DNA of 64,000 nt, from NCBI GenBank assembly GCA_965644315.1, contig CBFFRQ010000020.1, positions 1 through 64,000 of the forward strand. The letters are read 5' to 3'. Positions 10,301-20,689 of this stretch are shown here, one piece after another. Source of the stretch: Caecitellus pseudoparvulus (lineage: Eukaryota > Protista > Bigyra: Bicosoecida). Each line of letters begins with the position of its first letter. Position 1 is the first letter of the stretch. The notes under the pieces are model-generated. The model made no database searches. It worked only from the letters and a program-made list of their open reading frames with translations, and was not told the DNA's origin. A program made the translations under genes and the position numbers.

Positions 10301-11433
10301 CCTTGGCTGCGGGGCCATGCAGGGTCAGCCCTAGCGGCGTGCCGGCGTCCACCCGCAGTCGCAGGGTCTTGGCGGTGACCAGGCCACGCAGGTGCCTCAC
10401 ACGCAGGGTCACTTGGGGGGGGGTCTCGTTGGCCCCTCGCGCCTCCTTCACAGCCAACCGGGCGGCGGCCAGGGCCCCCCCCTGCCACCCCGCCGGCAAC
10501 CACTCCTGCAGCGTGTCCAGCGCCGCCTTGCCGTCTGTGCTGCCTTGCACCGCCACGTGCTCGGCCAGGGGCGGCGGGCTGCCGGAACGCACGGAGCCAG
10601 CCAGCAGCTGCCCAGCGCGGTTGAACAGCTCCCGGGCCAGGGCGCCGAGGAGGAGGGAGGCGTCGTTGCTAAGGGAGTATGCCGGGTGCACGCAGCGCAG
10701 GAGGGCAGACGCCTCCACGTCCGTCACCGCGTCGTCCTTATGCCGCGCCCACCGCGCCGCCGTCGCGTCGTGGCCGGCAGCCAGACTGGCCTCCTCCTCA
10801 GCCGAGGGCGGGTGTCCTGCGGAGGTGCTTTGGGGCGTGCCCTCAGGCACCTTGCCCACGATGCGCTGGCGAGCAGAGCGTGCTGGCGCGTCGGCTGCGT
10901 CCGCCTGGGCGCGCTCCTGCGCCAGGGCCACTGTCGCGCTGTCCGCAAAGTTGCCCACAAGGTCGCACAGCGACTCCTCGCCCTCCCTGTCCATGAGCTC
11001 GCACCACTGCTCGTTGTCCAGCATGGCCAGCAGGATGTAGCCGCCTGTGAGCATCTCCGGCTTGCGGTGCCCCCGCATGCGGGCCTTGACGCCCTCGTCC
11101 CCCATCAGCTCCAGTGCAGCGAGGAGCGTGCGGCGAAACGCCCACTCGATGGCCCCTGTCACGGCGACAGCTGCGTCATCCTGCGTTTCGCGCGGAGGAA
11201 GGGGCGCCAGTGAGGTGCAGCACATGCAAGGTAATGCAAAGAATGCAGCCCCCGCCCTGCAGCGTGCACATCCGGCCATGGGCCGGGCGCTGCTGCCATG
11301 CTGTGCCAGCGGTTGCCCGCTGCGAAACGCCGCTGCGACTCACAGACACTGCAGGCCACTCCAGCCGCGACAGGTGGGCCGCCCGGACGCCCGAAGGGCG
11401 AATGACCAGATGATGGCTCACACTTGCATCCAT
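7377..11433 (-). CDS. Tandem H2A-like + H2B-like histone-fold protein with SUMO/ubiquitin-like domain and long basic low-complexity tail (~1297 aa, 2 exons)
   Basis: Exon 1 11344-11433, phase-0 GTGAGT...CAG intron 11181-11343, exon 2 7377-11180. H2A-like: HHLVIRPSGVRAAHLSRLEWPAVSDDAAVAVTGAIEWAFRRTLLAA...LTGGYILLAMLDNEQWCELM. H2B-like: LLRCVHPAYSLSNDASLLLGALARELFNR...LQEWLPAGWQGGALAAARLAVKEAR. SUMO-like: VTLRVRH...LRLRVDAGTPL...LVFVWRGVQLSEAATPHALRM. Confidence 0.72.
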
Positions 11434-11926
11434 TATCTGGCAGCAGTGGTCCGAGCCAGCCTCCCTGCTGAGCAGGGGACTGACTGCAGTGTGCCTGGCG
11501 CTGGCTGCTGTCGCTGCTGCCGTGTGCGGCCTCACAGGCGCAACGCAGCCCAGTCAAGTTTCAGCACGAGCAGGCAGCGCAAGATCAGGCTGCTGCCAAG
11601 CAGATTCGCACATCCCTGCGGCGCGCAGCTGCTGCGAGTTCGTGTTTTCTTCCAGTCCACAAAGTGCATCACAAGCAGCGTCCAGTGGCATACGCAGTTC
11701 AGCGCGAGAAAAGAGCAACCTTGCAAGGGCATCACTACATTTCAAAAGAGGCACCACCAACAAATGCCGTTACCTACCCTCCCTTGCCCTTGCTGTCTTG
11801 CCAGCCGCTGTGCGGCTCACAGCAAGTTTGCTTCACCTTCGCTGCAGCCGCCTCCAAGTCCCTCAACCTCTGCGCTGTCTCGAGGTCGACTTTCTCCTCA
11901 CTCCAAGCGGTCCACACAGTGCCGAC

Positions 11927-14760
11927 ATGGCAGCACAAGATGAAACGCCTGTGCCGCTCCTGCAGCGACTGAGAACGTGGACAGAGCAGAGTCCAGACAA
12001 GGTGCGGTGTCGAAACGCCTGCGAAACGCGACACGCCCATCCTACCCTGCTCCCCCCCTCCTGCAGACTGTTTTCTCTTACCTCGACGGAAAGGGGGATG
12101 TTTCAGCCAGTTATACCTTTGCGCAGCTGTCAAGTGCATCGGAGCGCCTCGCAAGGCACTTGCTCTCTGACGAAAAGTGAGTGGCTCTGCTGCCCACAGC
12201 TGCCCCTGCTCGCGCCATGCCAACGCGCTCCCCCCCCACGTCTTCAGACTGAACCTGAGCCAGGGCGACCGGGTCTTGCTTGTGTTCATTCCCAGCATTG
12301 ACTTCATCGTCACATTCATCGCCTGCCTTCGGGCTGGGCTCATTGCCGTGCCAGTGCGTGGCTTGCGGGCTGCACCCCCCAGACCCCCACAGCCGCATGC
12401 CGCACACCCCACCTCCGCCCCCACAGGTGTACCCGCCAGACCCGCGAAACCTATCCAAGAACCTGCACAGCTTCGTGAGCATCCAGGCCAGCTGTGGCGC
12501 AGCCGTGGCCCTCACGCACTCAGTGTACCAGACAGCGCGCAAGGTGGCTGATGTGGCGGAGGCGGCCGCCTCTCTCTTCCGCTCACGGGGCGTGGCCCTG
12601 GCATGGCCAGACCTGACGTGGCTGGCAGTGGACTCCTTCATCCAGCCGAGCGCGGGGCCGGGGGAGGGCGCCCCCCTGCCGCCCGTGCAGGCTTCCGCCG
12701 TGGCCTTCCTGCAGTACACCTCCGGCTCCACTTCAGAGCCCAAAGGCGTCACCATCACCCACGCAAACCTGGCCCACAACCTCACCGTCATCACGCGCAG
12801 CCTCGCCGCCTCGCCAGACACCGTCGTCGTGTCCTGGTTGCCGCAGTACCACGACATGGGCCTCATCGGCGCGTACTTGGGCACGCTGTACTGCGGCGGG
12901 GCAGGTTTCTACTTCTCACCGCTGGACTTCATCAAGTCGCCGCCGCTGTGGATGCAGGCCGCTGGCAGGTACGGCGCGACGCACCTGCAGGGCCCTAACT
13001 TCGCCTACAAGCTCACCGCTCGCAAGTGGCGGGAGCGGGGCTTGGACGCCAGCACCCCCCTGGGCAAGCTGGACCTGTCCTCTGTCCGGCACATCTTCAA
13101 CGCAGCAGAGCCAGTCACCAGTGCCGCCATGGACACGTTTCTCGCCGCCTTCGTGCGTTACGGCCTGTCTCCTGATGCGTTTCACCCGGGCTTCGGCATG
13201 GCGGAGAGCACCGTGTACTGCACGGACGGCGGCAGGGCGCGCCTGCGCGTGAGCAAGGCGGAGCTGGAGGTGAACGGCCAGGTGGTGCCGTGGGCGACGT
13301 GGGAGGGGGCAGGTGCCGATGAGGTGCGGGCAGCCGCGGCGCAGGGCGACGGTGCGCCGGGCAGTTTGAACCTGGGCAAGTGGGTCGTGACGCCGCAGTG
13401 CCCGGGAGGGACGCTGCCCCGCTCAGGCTGGTCTGAGGTCATTGGGTGCGGGGCCGTGGACAAGAACCCAGACGTGCACGTGGCCATCGCAGCAGTGGAT
13501 CTGACCGCCCCTGCCGGTGATCCGGGTCCCTCAGGGGACCACTCCTTCCCCCCCTGCCCTCCCGGAACAGTGGGCGAGCTGTGGGTCCGCTCAGCCTCTG
13601 TGGCGTCCGGCGGGTATTGGGGCGAGCCGGAGAAGACCCGAGCTGCCTTCAGCGGGCGCCTGGTGCGTGACGACTCCGTGGTGGAGCCGTGGCTGCGTTC
13701 TGGCGATTTGGCGTTCATCTGGGAGGGGGAGGTGTTCGTCGTGGGACGGCAGAAGGACATGGTCATCGTGAGGGGACGCAACCACTTCCCCCAGGACATC
13801 GAAGGGTCCGCCGAGGCGGCGGCACCCACCGCCCTGCGACCTGGCTGCTCTGCAGCATTTGCCGCGCCCTTGCGCCAGTCCCTCCGCGCGGCCCAGGCAC
13901 TGGGCGTTCAGCCCGCCAGCGCTCCTGCGCCAGGGCAGGCTCATGCTGAGGCCCATGGAGAAGACGAAGAAGGTCTTGTGGTGGTGGTGGAGCACCGCGA
14001 GGCGGGGGTGGGCGCCGGGGCGGCCAAGGCGGCGGCAGCCACCGTGGCAGCACAGGTCGCGCGCGACCACGGCATCCGCCCCAGCCTGGTGCTGGTGCTG
14101 AAGCCCCACACGGCAGTGAAGACCACCAGCGGCAAGATCGCCCGCAAGTGGAACGCCAAGGCCCTCGCTGCGCTGGCGGGCGAGGGGGGGGGGCAGGCGG
14201 CTGACACGGCGCCAGCGGCGGGGGAGGGGAAAGCGGAGGGTGGGCCCACTCCCCGCAGGGAGCCCAACCCATGGGCCCAGGAGAAGGGCGCCGTCTTGGC
14301 CGCTCTGCTGCCTGAGGAGGAGGACAAGGGCCCTGGTGCAGGGGGGGCAGGGGGGGGGGCACCCCGTGGACCCCGCCACGGGGACCTGAGCGGCAGCGCT
14401 CTGGCGGAGGCACTGCAGCGGGATGTGGGCGCCATGGTGGGCGCCCCTGCCGCCGCCATGGACACCACCAAGCCCCTCTTTGCCCTGGGCCTGGACAGCA
14501 TCGCCCTGACGCAGCTGGGCGGCAGTCTCGCCCACACGTACGGCCTCCGTGTGTCAGACGAGCAAGTGTTCGCAGAGGGCTGCTCCATCGTGTGGCTCGT
14601 GAACAACGCTGAAGCCCTGAGGCAGCAGGTGCCATCAGACCCGACAACGCACATCCCTGCCCCGGCTGCTGGGGAGGGCGGCACTGAAATTGTAGTGGGA
14701 GCCAAAGCAGAGGCGGGGTGTTGCCAGAAGTACGCGCCTTGCTGTGTGTGCTGCTACTGA
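11927..14760 (+). CDS. Fatty acyl-AMP ligase (FAAL) fused to an acyl carrier domain, Cys-rich C-terminus; 4 exons
   Basis: Exons 11927-12001, 12067-12176, 12248-12353 and 12427-14760, all GT-AG. Motifs RAGLIAVPVYPP, AFLQYTSGSTSEPKGV, SWLPQYHDMGLIG, FGMAEST, WLRSGDLAF, GRQKDMVIVRGRNHFPQDIE and KTTSGKIAR. The phosphopantetheine site is LGLDSIAL. Confidence 0.9.
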
Positions 14761-14879
14761 GGGGCTGCTCCAACCACACAGGCTGGCACGATTGAAAAAT
14801 TGTGACAATGCAGGAATGACACAGCGCTCTGTAGTGTTTACTTTGCTGTGATGCTAGGACTTGCCGTGCCACAGTTGCC

Positions 14880-15509
14880 ATGCTAGGCGTCTCCCTTGCG
14901 CGGAGAGCCAGCGCTCACTGCCGGGGCGTGCCCGCCAGATGGGCCTCAAATCTGACGCATGTGGAGGCGTCCACCGGACTTCCGCGAATGGTGGACGTTA
15001 CAGATAAAACCATGTCCAAGTGCGTGCCGCGCAGCAGTGGTGAAGGCGTCCTAGCGTGCATGGCTTTGTGAAGCGATTTCCGCAGGCGTGTTGCCTCTGC
15101 GTCGGCCAGCGTGCACCTGCCCCAGGCTGTCCTGGAAGCCCTGGGCGACTCAACTATCGAGGATTGCATTTCAGCAAAGGGTGCCATTGGTCCCATGGCG
15201 GTGACGGCAGGCATCCTTGGAGCCAAGGCCACGCCAAACGTGCTGCCTCTGTGCCACCCTCTCCCTCTCAGCCGGTGTGACGTGCAGCTGCACTCCCAGC
15301 GCGCTGCAGACGGCGCCAGCGCAACACTCACCATCACCACAACAACAGCATCTTCTCACTCCACCGGCGTGGAGATGGAGGCGCTCATGGCTGCCTCCAG
15401 CGCCGCCCTGGCAGTGTACGACATGCTCAAGGCTGTCTCGCACGACATCGTCATCTCGGACATCCAGCTGCTGTCCAAGAGTGGCGGCAAACGGGTGTTC
15501 CACAGATGA
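14880..15509 (+). CDS. moaC: Cyclic pyranopterin monophosphate synthase MoaC (CNX3/MOCS1B-like), probable mitochondrial presequence; 2 exons
   Basis: Intron 15020-15085 (GTGCGT...CAG). Motifs LTHV...RMVDVTDK, AGILGAKAT..LPLCHPLPL, TGVEMEALMA, YDMLKAVSHDI and SKSGGK. The N-terminus is Arg/Ala/Ser-rich and has no acidic residues. Confidence 0.95.
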
Positions 15510-15521
15510 CCCGCCAACACA

Positions 15522-17258
15522 TCACCGCCTGGCCTTCTTCACGTGCAAGGTGCTGCGGAAATCGGCCGGCATGCGGGGCGGCATCGGGGAGGGGCGGGGG
15601 ACAGGCCACCGCGCACCAGGCACCGAGTCCATCCGAGCCGGGCCCGCAATGCACGCTTCAGCCACGGCGTCGGACACCATGCGCTGCATGTCCACGGGGG
15701 CGTCTGTGGAGGTGAGGGCGCCCAGCACTCGGGCCAGCACCATGCCAGCATCCACATGGTTGCGCATGCTGGACAGAGTGGCCAGGGCCGCGGAGAGGGC
15801 AGCTGGGCTGCAACCCCCCTCCATCCAGTAGTCAGTGTGGTGCGTGCCGGCAGCCACTGCGTGGTGAGACACCTGTGTCCTCTGCATGGGGGGCGGCGGG
15901 GCACCCTCCACATACGCGCCTCCGGAGGGGGGTGGTGCCATGCCGCCCCCCCCTGCACCCCCCAACATGCCCGGGAAGGCGCGGCGGTAGGGGACGGTGG
16001 ACGGAGCAGTGGCCTGCTCTCGAACTGCCCTAGGCGTCCTGCCTCGCTTCGCCGACTTGCGGCGGCTGGAGGGGGGACCGGCGCCGGGCAGGCCGCTGGG
16101 GCGAGCGGCTGAGAGGGGGCGGTGCAGAGGCGCAGCCTCCCCCTGGCGTGGCGAAGGCAGTAAAGGTGCCCGGGCTGCCCTTGGTGCCGCCTGTGGCGGG
16201 CTGGTGAGGTGTGTGGGGGCAGCTGGGGCTGGTGTCGGCTGAGAGGGTGTGGGGGAGGGGGGCGGGGGGGACCCCCCCCCCTCGGTGCCTGCCTCCCACG
16301 ACCCATAGTCCAGCAGCCCACCCAGAGCCTCCTCGTCGGACTCCTGCGCCTCATCGTAGAACGAGGCATGCCCCACGCTCAGCGCCTTGCCGGGGTGGTC
16401 GCCGAGCTGGGAATCCAACTCAACACTTGACGCTGGCGACGCAGGCCGCGGGCCCACTGCACCGGCTGTATGACTGAAGGGGGTAGACGATGGGCTCGCT
16501 CGCATCGGGGTCTGTGGGTGGGCTTGGTGGGGCGCCGGCTGGCGTCCTGCACGAGCTGCGTTGCCTGGCACGTGACTCGCGCTATGCACATGCTGCGCTG
16601 CGGCAGGCAGAGTGGGCGGCTGGAAAGCTGCATCAGAAGCTTCATCGTCACCAGCCAAGAGCCCCTGCTCCAGGGGAGGGGGGGAGCTCTTGCGGCTCCC
16701 GCGCTTCACGCCGCCTGGTTGGGCCAGCTCCCCGCGCGTCACTCCGCACAGGCGCAGCAGTTCCGCAGACAGGCGCCGCCTGGAGCTCTCTGCACGCAGC
16801 ACTGACAACGGCGTGCCAATGTACCCAGCTGTCAGGCCCTGTGCTGTGGCTGTCACTTCCTTCAGCGCTGCAGCTGGACGGGTCTCGCCGCCGATGGTCA
16901 AGGCTGGGGCGCCTGACGCATCCCGACCCAAAGGCACGATCTGAACTCGCGGCCCAGGCACATGTGTTCCCAGGGCTGTGCGCCAAGGGGCGCCTTTCAC
17001 CTGCACTGCCAAGCGCTGCATGCCGCCAGGCACAAGGCACGCCACGGCCGCCGTCAAGATGGCTTGGCTGCCCGCGCCACGCTGGCCCAGCACGCTGTCT
17101 GTGCTGGCGATGAGCCGGTCAAAGTGGTCTTGTTCGCGGTGCAGATGTGAGAAGTGCACGAAGAGGCCCTTCGCAATGGCCTCGCAGAAGAACGTGCGCA
17201 GGTCCTCGGGCGAGAGGCTTGCTGGAATGTTGCGCAGCTCGCACCACTCGTCTTCCAT
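15522..17258 (-). CDS. GPATCH3-like protein (conserved N-terminal blocks; no recognisable G-patch)
   Basis: LRNIPASLSPEDLRTFF...FVHFSHLHRE and LKEV...GYIGTPLSVL...RRLSAELL resemble the GPATCH3 blocks GIP..LRS..LR.YF..F.CFHYRHRPE and L.EL.PP..MP.GNVGTPL.VF. The remainder is Pro/Ala-rich low complexity. Confidence 0.6.
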   Translation of the reverse strand: MEDEWCELRNIPASLSPEDLRTFFCEAIAKGLFVHFSHLHREQDHFDRLIASTDSVLGQRGAGSQAILTAAVACLVPGGMQRLAVQVKGAPWRTALGTHVPGPRVQIVPLGRDASGAPALTIGGETRPAAALKEVTATAQGLTAGYIGTPLSVLRAESSRRRLSAELLRLCGVTRGELAQPGGVKRGSRKSSPPPLEQGLLAGDDEASDAAFQPPTLPAAAQHVHSASHVPGNAARAGRQPAPHQAHPQTPMRASPSSTPFSHTAGAVGPRPASPASSVELDSQLGDHPGKALSVGHASFYDEAQESDEEALGGLLDYGSWEAGTEGGGSPPPPSPTPSQPTPAPAAPTHLTSPPQAAPRAARAPLLPSPRQGEAAPLHRPLSAARPSGLPGAGPPSSRRKSAKRGRTPRAVREQATAPSTVPYRRAFPGMLGGAGGGGMAPPPSGGAYVEGAPPPPMQRTQVSHHAVAAGTHHTDYWMEGGCSPAALSAALATLSSMRNHVDAGMVLARVLGALTSTDAPVDMQRMVSDAVAEACIAGPARMDSVPGARWPVPRPSPMPPRMPADFRSTLHVKKARR

Positions 17259-17737
17259 GCGCAGCAGCTTCAGCGCTTCGACTGAGCCCCCTCGATTCTA
17301 AGCAAACGACGATTAGAACTAGTTGAATGGATCGCCACCCTCAGAGAAGGCCTGGGGGTCGTGTGCTGGAATGAAAGCCGGCGGCACTGAATACAGCGAA
17401 ACGCAGTTGAAACTCCAAACAAGCGAGCAGCGCTGTCAATCAGCTACACAGGAGGTCACATGCACAACGACGAAACGTATTGCGTCCTTCCCTACGTCAG
17501 GAGTATGTAGCGGGGGAGGGTGTTTTGCCCGGTGGGATTTTAGTGCGCCGGCGACAGAGCTGCACCACATCCACAACATAAGTCCCATACCCCACAAATC
17601 CTTTCCTTTTCGACGAAGCTCTGGCGGCCTTCCTCTCAACCCGACATCGACTTCGCTCCTCCTGGGCCGCCTGTGCGACTCTGCGCGGCCCTTGTAGCGT
17701 TGGTGCAGTGCACTTACAAGGTCGCCCATCTGCAAGC

Positions 17738-18644
17738 ATGCGAACCCTGGCAGCGCTCCTGGTGGGCGCGACTGTGTTGCACGTGCTTGCTGTGCCAGTG
17801 ACCGTTGGGGTTGTGCAGCACGCGCGCACGGCCAAGTCAGGCAGCGCGGCAGCAGTGCTTGCAGCTAACACCGAGGCCTACGTCCGAGACCTGTACACTG
17901 CCGCGGACGCGAACGTCTCCCTGCTGGTGTTCCCCGAGTTCGGCCTGTTCACCCCTGACTTTGCGAACTCCTGCTCGACCCCCACCAGCCCTATGGACTT
18001 CTGCATGCCCATCCCAGCTGTCGGCGAGGCACCGTGCGACGCCCCAGCCGGGACATGGCACGACTCCCTCGTCAACATCAGCTGCGCGGTGCAGGCCACA
18101 GGCATCACGACACTGGTGGACCTCTGCGAGACGGCTGCCAACGGCACTGCATTCAATACTGCGCTCATATTTGGCCCTGACGGCGCGGTGCGTGGGGCTG
18201 CCTTGCCAAGCAGCGATCCCCTGCGCAGCGAGCGCAACTGCTCAGTCCACCCCCCCCCCCCCTCCCCCCCCGCAGGTACTGGCCGTGTACCGCAAGATGC
18301 ACCCTTGGGAGGAGAAGTGCTTCCAGCCCGCGGAGGAAAACCTGGTGACCTTCACGCACAGGGGCAGCGCCCCCATCGGCGTTTTCGTGTGCAAAGACAT
18401 TCTGTACAGCACGCCCGGGCCCGCCCTGGCCAAAGCGGGTGTGCGCCACTTCGTGTACAGCGCCCAGATCCCCATCGTCGGCTCCGCCGCCCAGGCTGGC
18501 TGGTCTGGCCTGTACAACGCCACCCTCATCGCATCTGACCAAGGGGACGGGCAGTCAGGCGTGTACGTGCAGGGGAAACGCATCACGAAGGCGTCCTGGG
18601 TGACGTCAGCCGACGAAGTGATCGTAGCACAGGTGGAGTTGTAG
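17738..18644 (+). CDS. Secreted carbon-nitrogen hydrolase, vanin/biotinidase-like; 2 exons
   Basis: Signal peptide MRTLAALLVGATVLHVLA; intron 18188-18275. The Glu-Lys-Cys triad motifs are LLVFPEFGL, FNTALIFGPDGAVLAVYRKMHP and IGVFVCKDILY. Confidence 0.88.
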
Positions 18645-18663
18645 CAATGTATCGCGGCGCCTG

Positions 18664-19406
18664 CTACTTTGCAATGCTGGTCGCAGTAAGCGCCGCTGCC
18701 AGGGCCTTCGAGGCTTCAGCCCGCCTGCGTTTGAACGCCGAGTCACTGCACTTGCCCACACCGCTCAGCCCCGCTTCGAGCGCACGCAAGTGCACCAAGA
18801 CAAACGACGCCTGCGCTTCCAGCGCCGCGAAGGCGCTCGACCCATGCTCCGATTTGGGTGTTGTGCCGTGGGCACGAAGCAGGGGTGCCACTCGCCGGGC
18901 CAGCACTGCAGTCCCGTGGACGCCCACCAGCGCGTGACTGGGAAACGAGCAGGGGAGGGAGAGTGCAAGGCAGGAGGATGGGCGCAGGGTAGGCTTCGGT
19001 GCTCTGGCGTGGCGCGGTCTCGCACGCACTCTGCATAGGGAGACGCCAGCAGCGCCAGCAAGCAGGCAGCATGGTGCTCCACCCAGGCAACTCCAGGTAC
19101 TCCATCTCCAGCTGCCTCGCAGTGCCCCTCCTTGTCTTCAGCAAATGGGTATGCCGGAAGGCACAGTGGGAAGCCCTCCGAGGCATCCACGGGCACGACG
19201 GCCATGGAGGCGGCATGCACAGTGCGCAGCACATCCACCGAAACGCTCGGCTCCTCCAGCTGTGCGAGGTAGTACAAAGCGGGAGAAGGACCTTCTGTGC
19301 GCCACATGCCATGCACCGCCTGGACAGAGGTCAGTCTATGTGCCAAGCACCTCAAGAATGCCGTGTGTTGGTTCCCTCCACGCTCATGGCCAGCGACAGC
19401 TGCCAT
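18664..19406 (-). CDS. Katanin p80 C-terminal (con80) domain protein, KATNBL1-like; 2 exons
   Basis: Intron 18938-19029 (GTGCGT...CAG). HTAFLRCLAHRLTSVQAVHGMW...LEEPSVSVDVL and LLALLASPYADHALVG...LARRVAPLL match the con80 pattern H..M..VL.SR...L..V..VW...D.SVVVDLL / LL.SKYE.Y...G. No WD40 region is present. Confidence 0.6.
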
Positions 19407-19530
19407 CGCGAAACGCCAGCACCAGCCCCGCACAAAGAGCTGCTCCTGCCCTCATCACCAGGGGACCTGGCCCAGACAGCGGCGAGTTCTTTGCTTGAAC
19501 ATGCATTTTGACATGAACTTGGGTGTGCCC

Positions 19531-20332
19531 TTACCAGGGAAGTGGACTTGCCTTGATGGCATCTGTGAAGGTGCCGTTGTCACTCTCCTTCAGACCAGCT
19601 GTGTGCCGGATGATGGCTGCCGCGCTGTCTGCCGGCGTCACTGGGGCACGTTCGCCGCCCATATCCGTCGCAACCCACCCAGGATGCACGGCGGAAACAA
19701 TGGTGCCCTTTGGTCCCTTCCCAGCACCCGCCAGGCTGGGCAACTCTGCACCCAAGACAGCCACCGCCATGTTCAGAGCAGCCTTGGACATGCGGTAGCC
19801 GTACATGCCACCCGAGGACGTCTCACCGATGCTGCCCAGGATGCTGGAGACAAAGACAAGCTTGGCCCCGTCAGCAATCTTGCCAGCCTTGGCAAGCGCC
19901 TGAGTCACTCGCACAGGCCCCACGGAGTTGACGTTGAGCTGCTGCAGCAGGTCACCCGGGGCGAGGGTGGGCAAGGAATCCTTCTTCAGCATACCCGCGT
20001 TGTTCACCACGACGTCAAACGGTGCCTGCTCCCCAAGTCCAGCTGCGAGCACGGCTTCCACACCATCGTCCCCCACATCCACGCCTTCCACAATGGCTGT
20101 GGGCGAGGCAGAGGTGAGCCCCTCTGATGACTTGCGGCACGCAGCTACAACTTCAACGTGTCCACTTTGCATCAACTGCTTCACCAGTTCGAGGCCTGTG
20201 AGGAGATCGCGGCATTGGAGGAGAGGGTGTGCCACTGAAACCCGCACGGAACTCGTTGCTGCTCCGCAACATACCGATTCCTCGGTTTGCGCCGGTCACG
20301 AGCCAGCGGGCAGTCTTGGTGGCAGCAGCCAT
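19531..20332 (-). CDS. Short-chain dehydrogenase/reductase, CsgA/C-factor-like; 2 exons
   Basis: Intron 20196-20274. Motifs WLVTGANRGIGLELVKQL (TGxxxGxG), VVNNAG, SSILGS, YGYRMSKAALN (YxxxK) and HPGWVATDMGG. Confidence 0.93.
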
Positions 20333-20689
20333 TGTGCATTCAATGAAAATCTCACCTGTGAACAAAAGGTATGCAAGGCAATGCTCAGGTGCAATCAGCT
20401 TGGGCGCCAGCTGTAATGACGTGTTGTGTGGGTGTCAATTACCGCACCCCGCCATTCGGGCGCAGGCAGCAACGCACAGAACTTGCAGGAGTGCAGAAGT
20501 GAGGAGTGGCGGCGCAAAGTGCATGTTCAAGAGTGTGAGGTCTTGTGGTCTGGAGTAATTGTTCGCAGCTTACTTTTGCCGCAAGCTGCGCGAGAGCAGG
20601 CGCCGGCCCGCTTTGCACCGCGTGCGTGCAGAGCCACCTGCTGTCACAAAACGCGTATAAAGAACACGACAAGGAGACACGCCTTCACA

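Noticed and set aside
17522-17530. GTTTTGCCC shared with 48237-48245 in two divergent intergenic regions
   Set aside because: A single 9-mer match is expected by chance, and I did not see it in the other intergenic regions.
18250-18271. Poly-C tract and other G/C homopolymer runs (e.g. ~9177-9187, ~10188-10200)
   Set aside because: An intronic pyrimidine tract or Pro/Gly codon runs; no evidence of phase variation or separate function.
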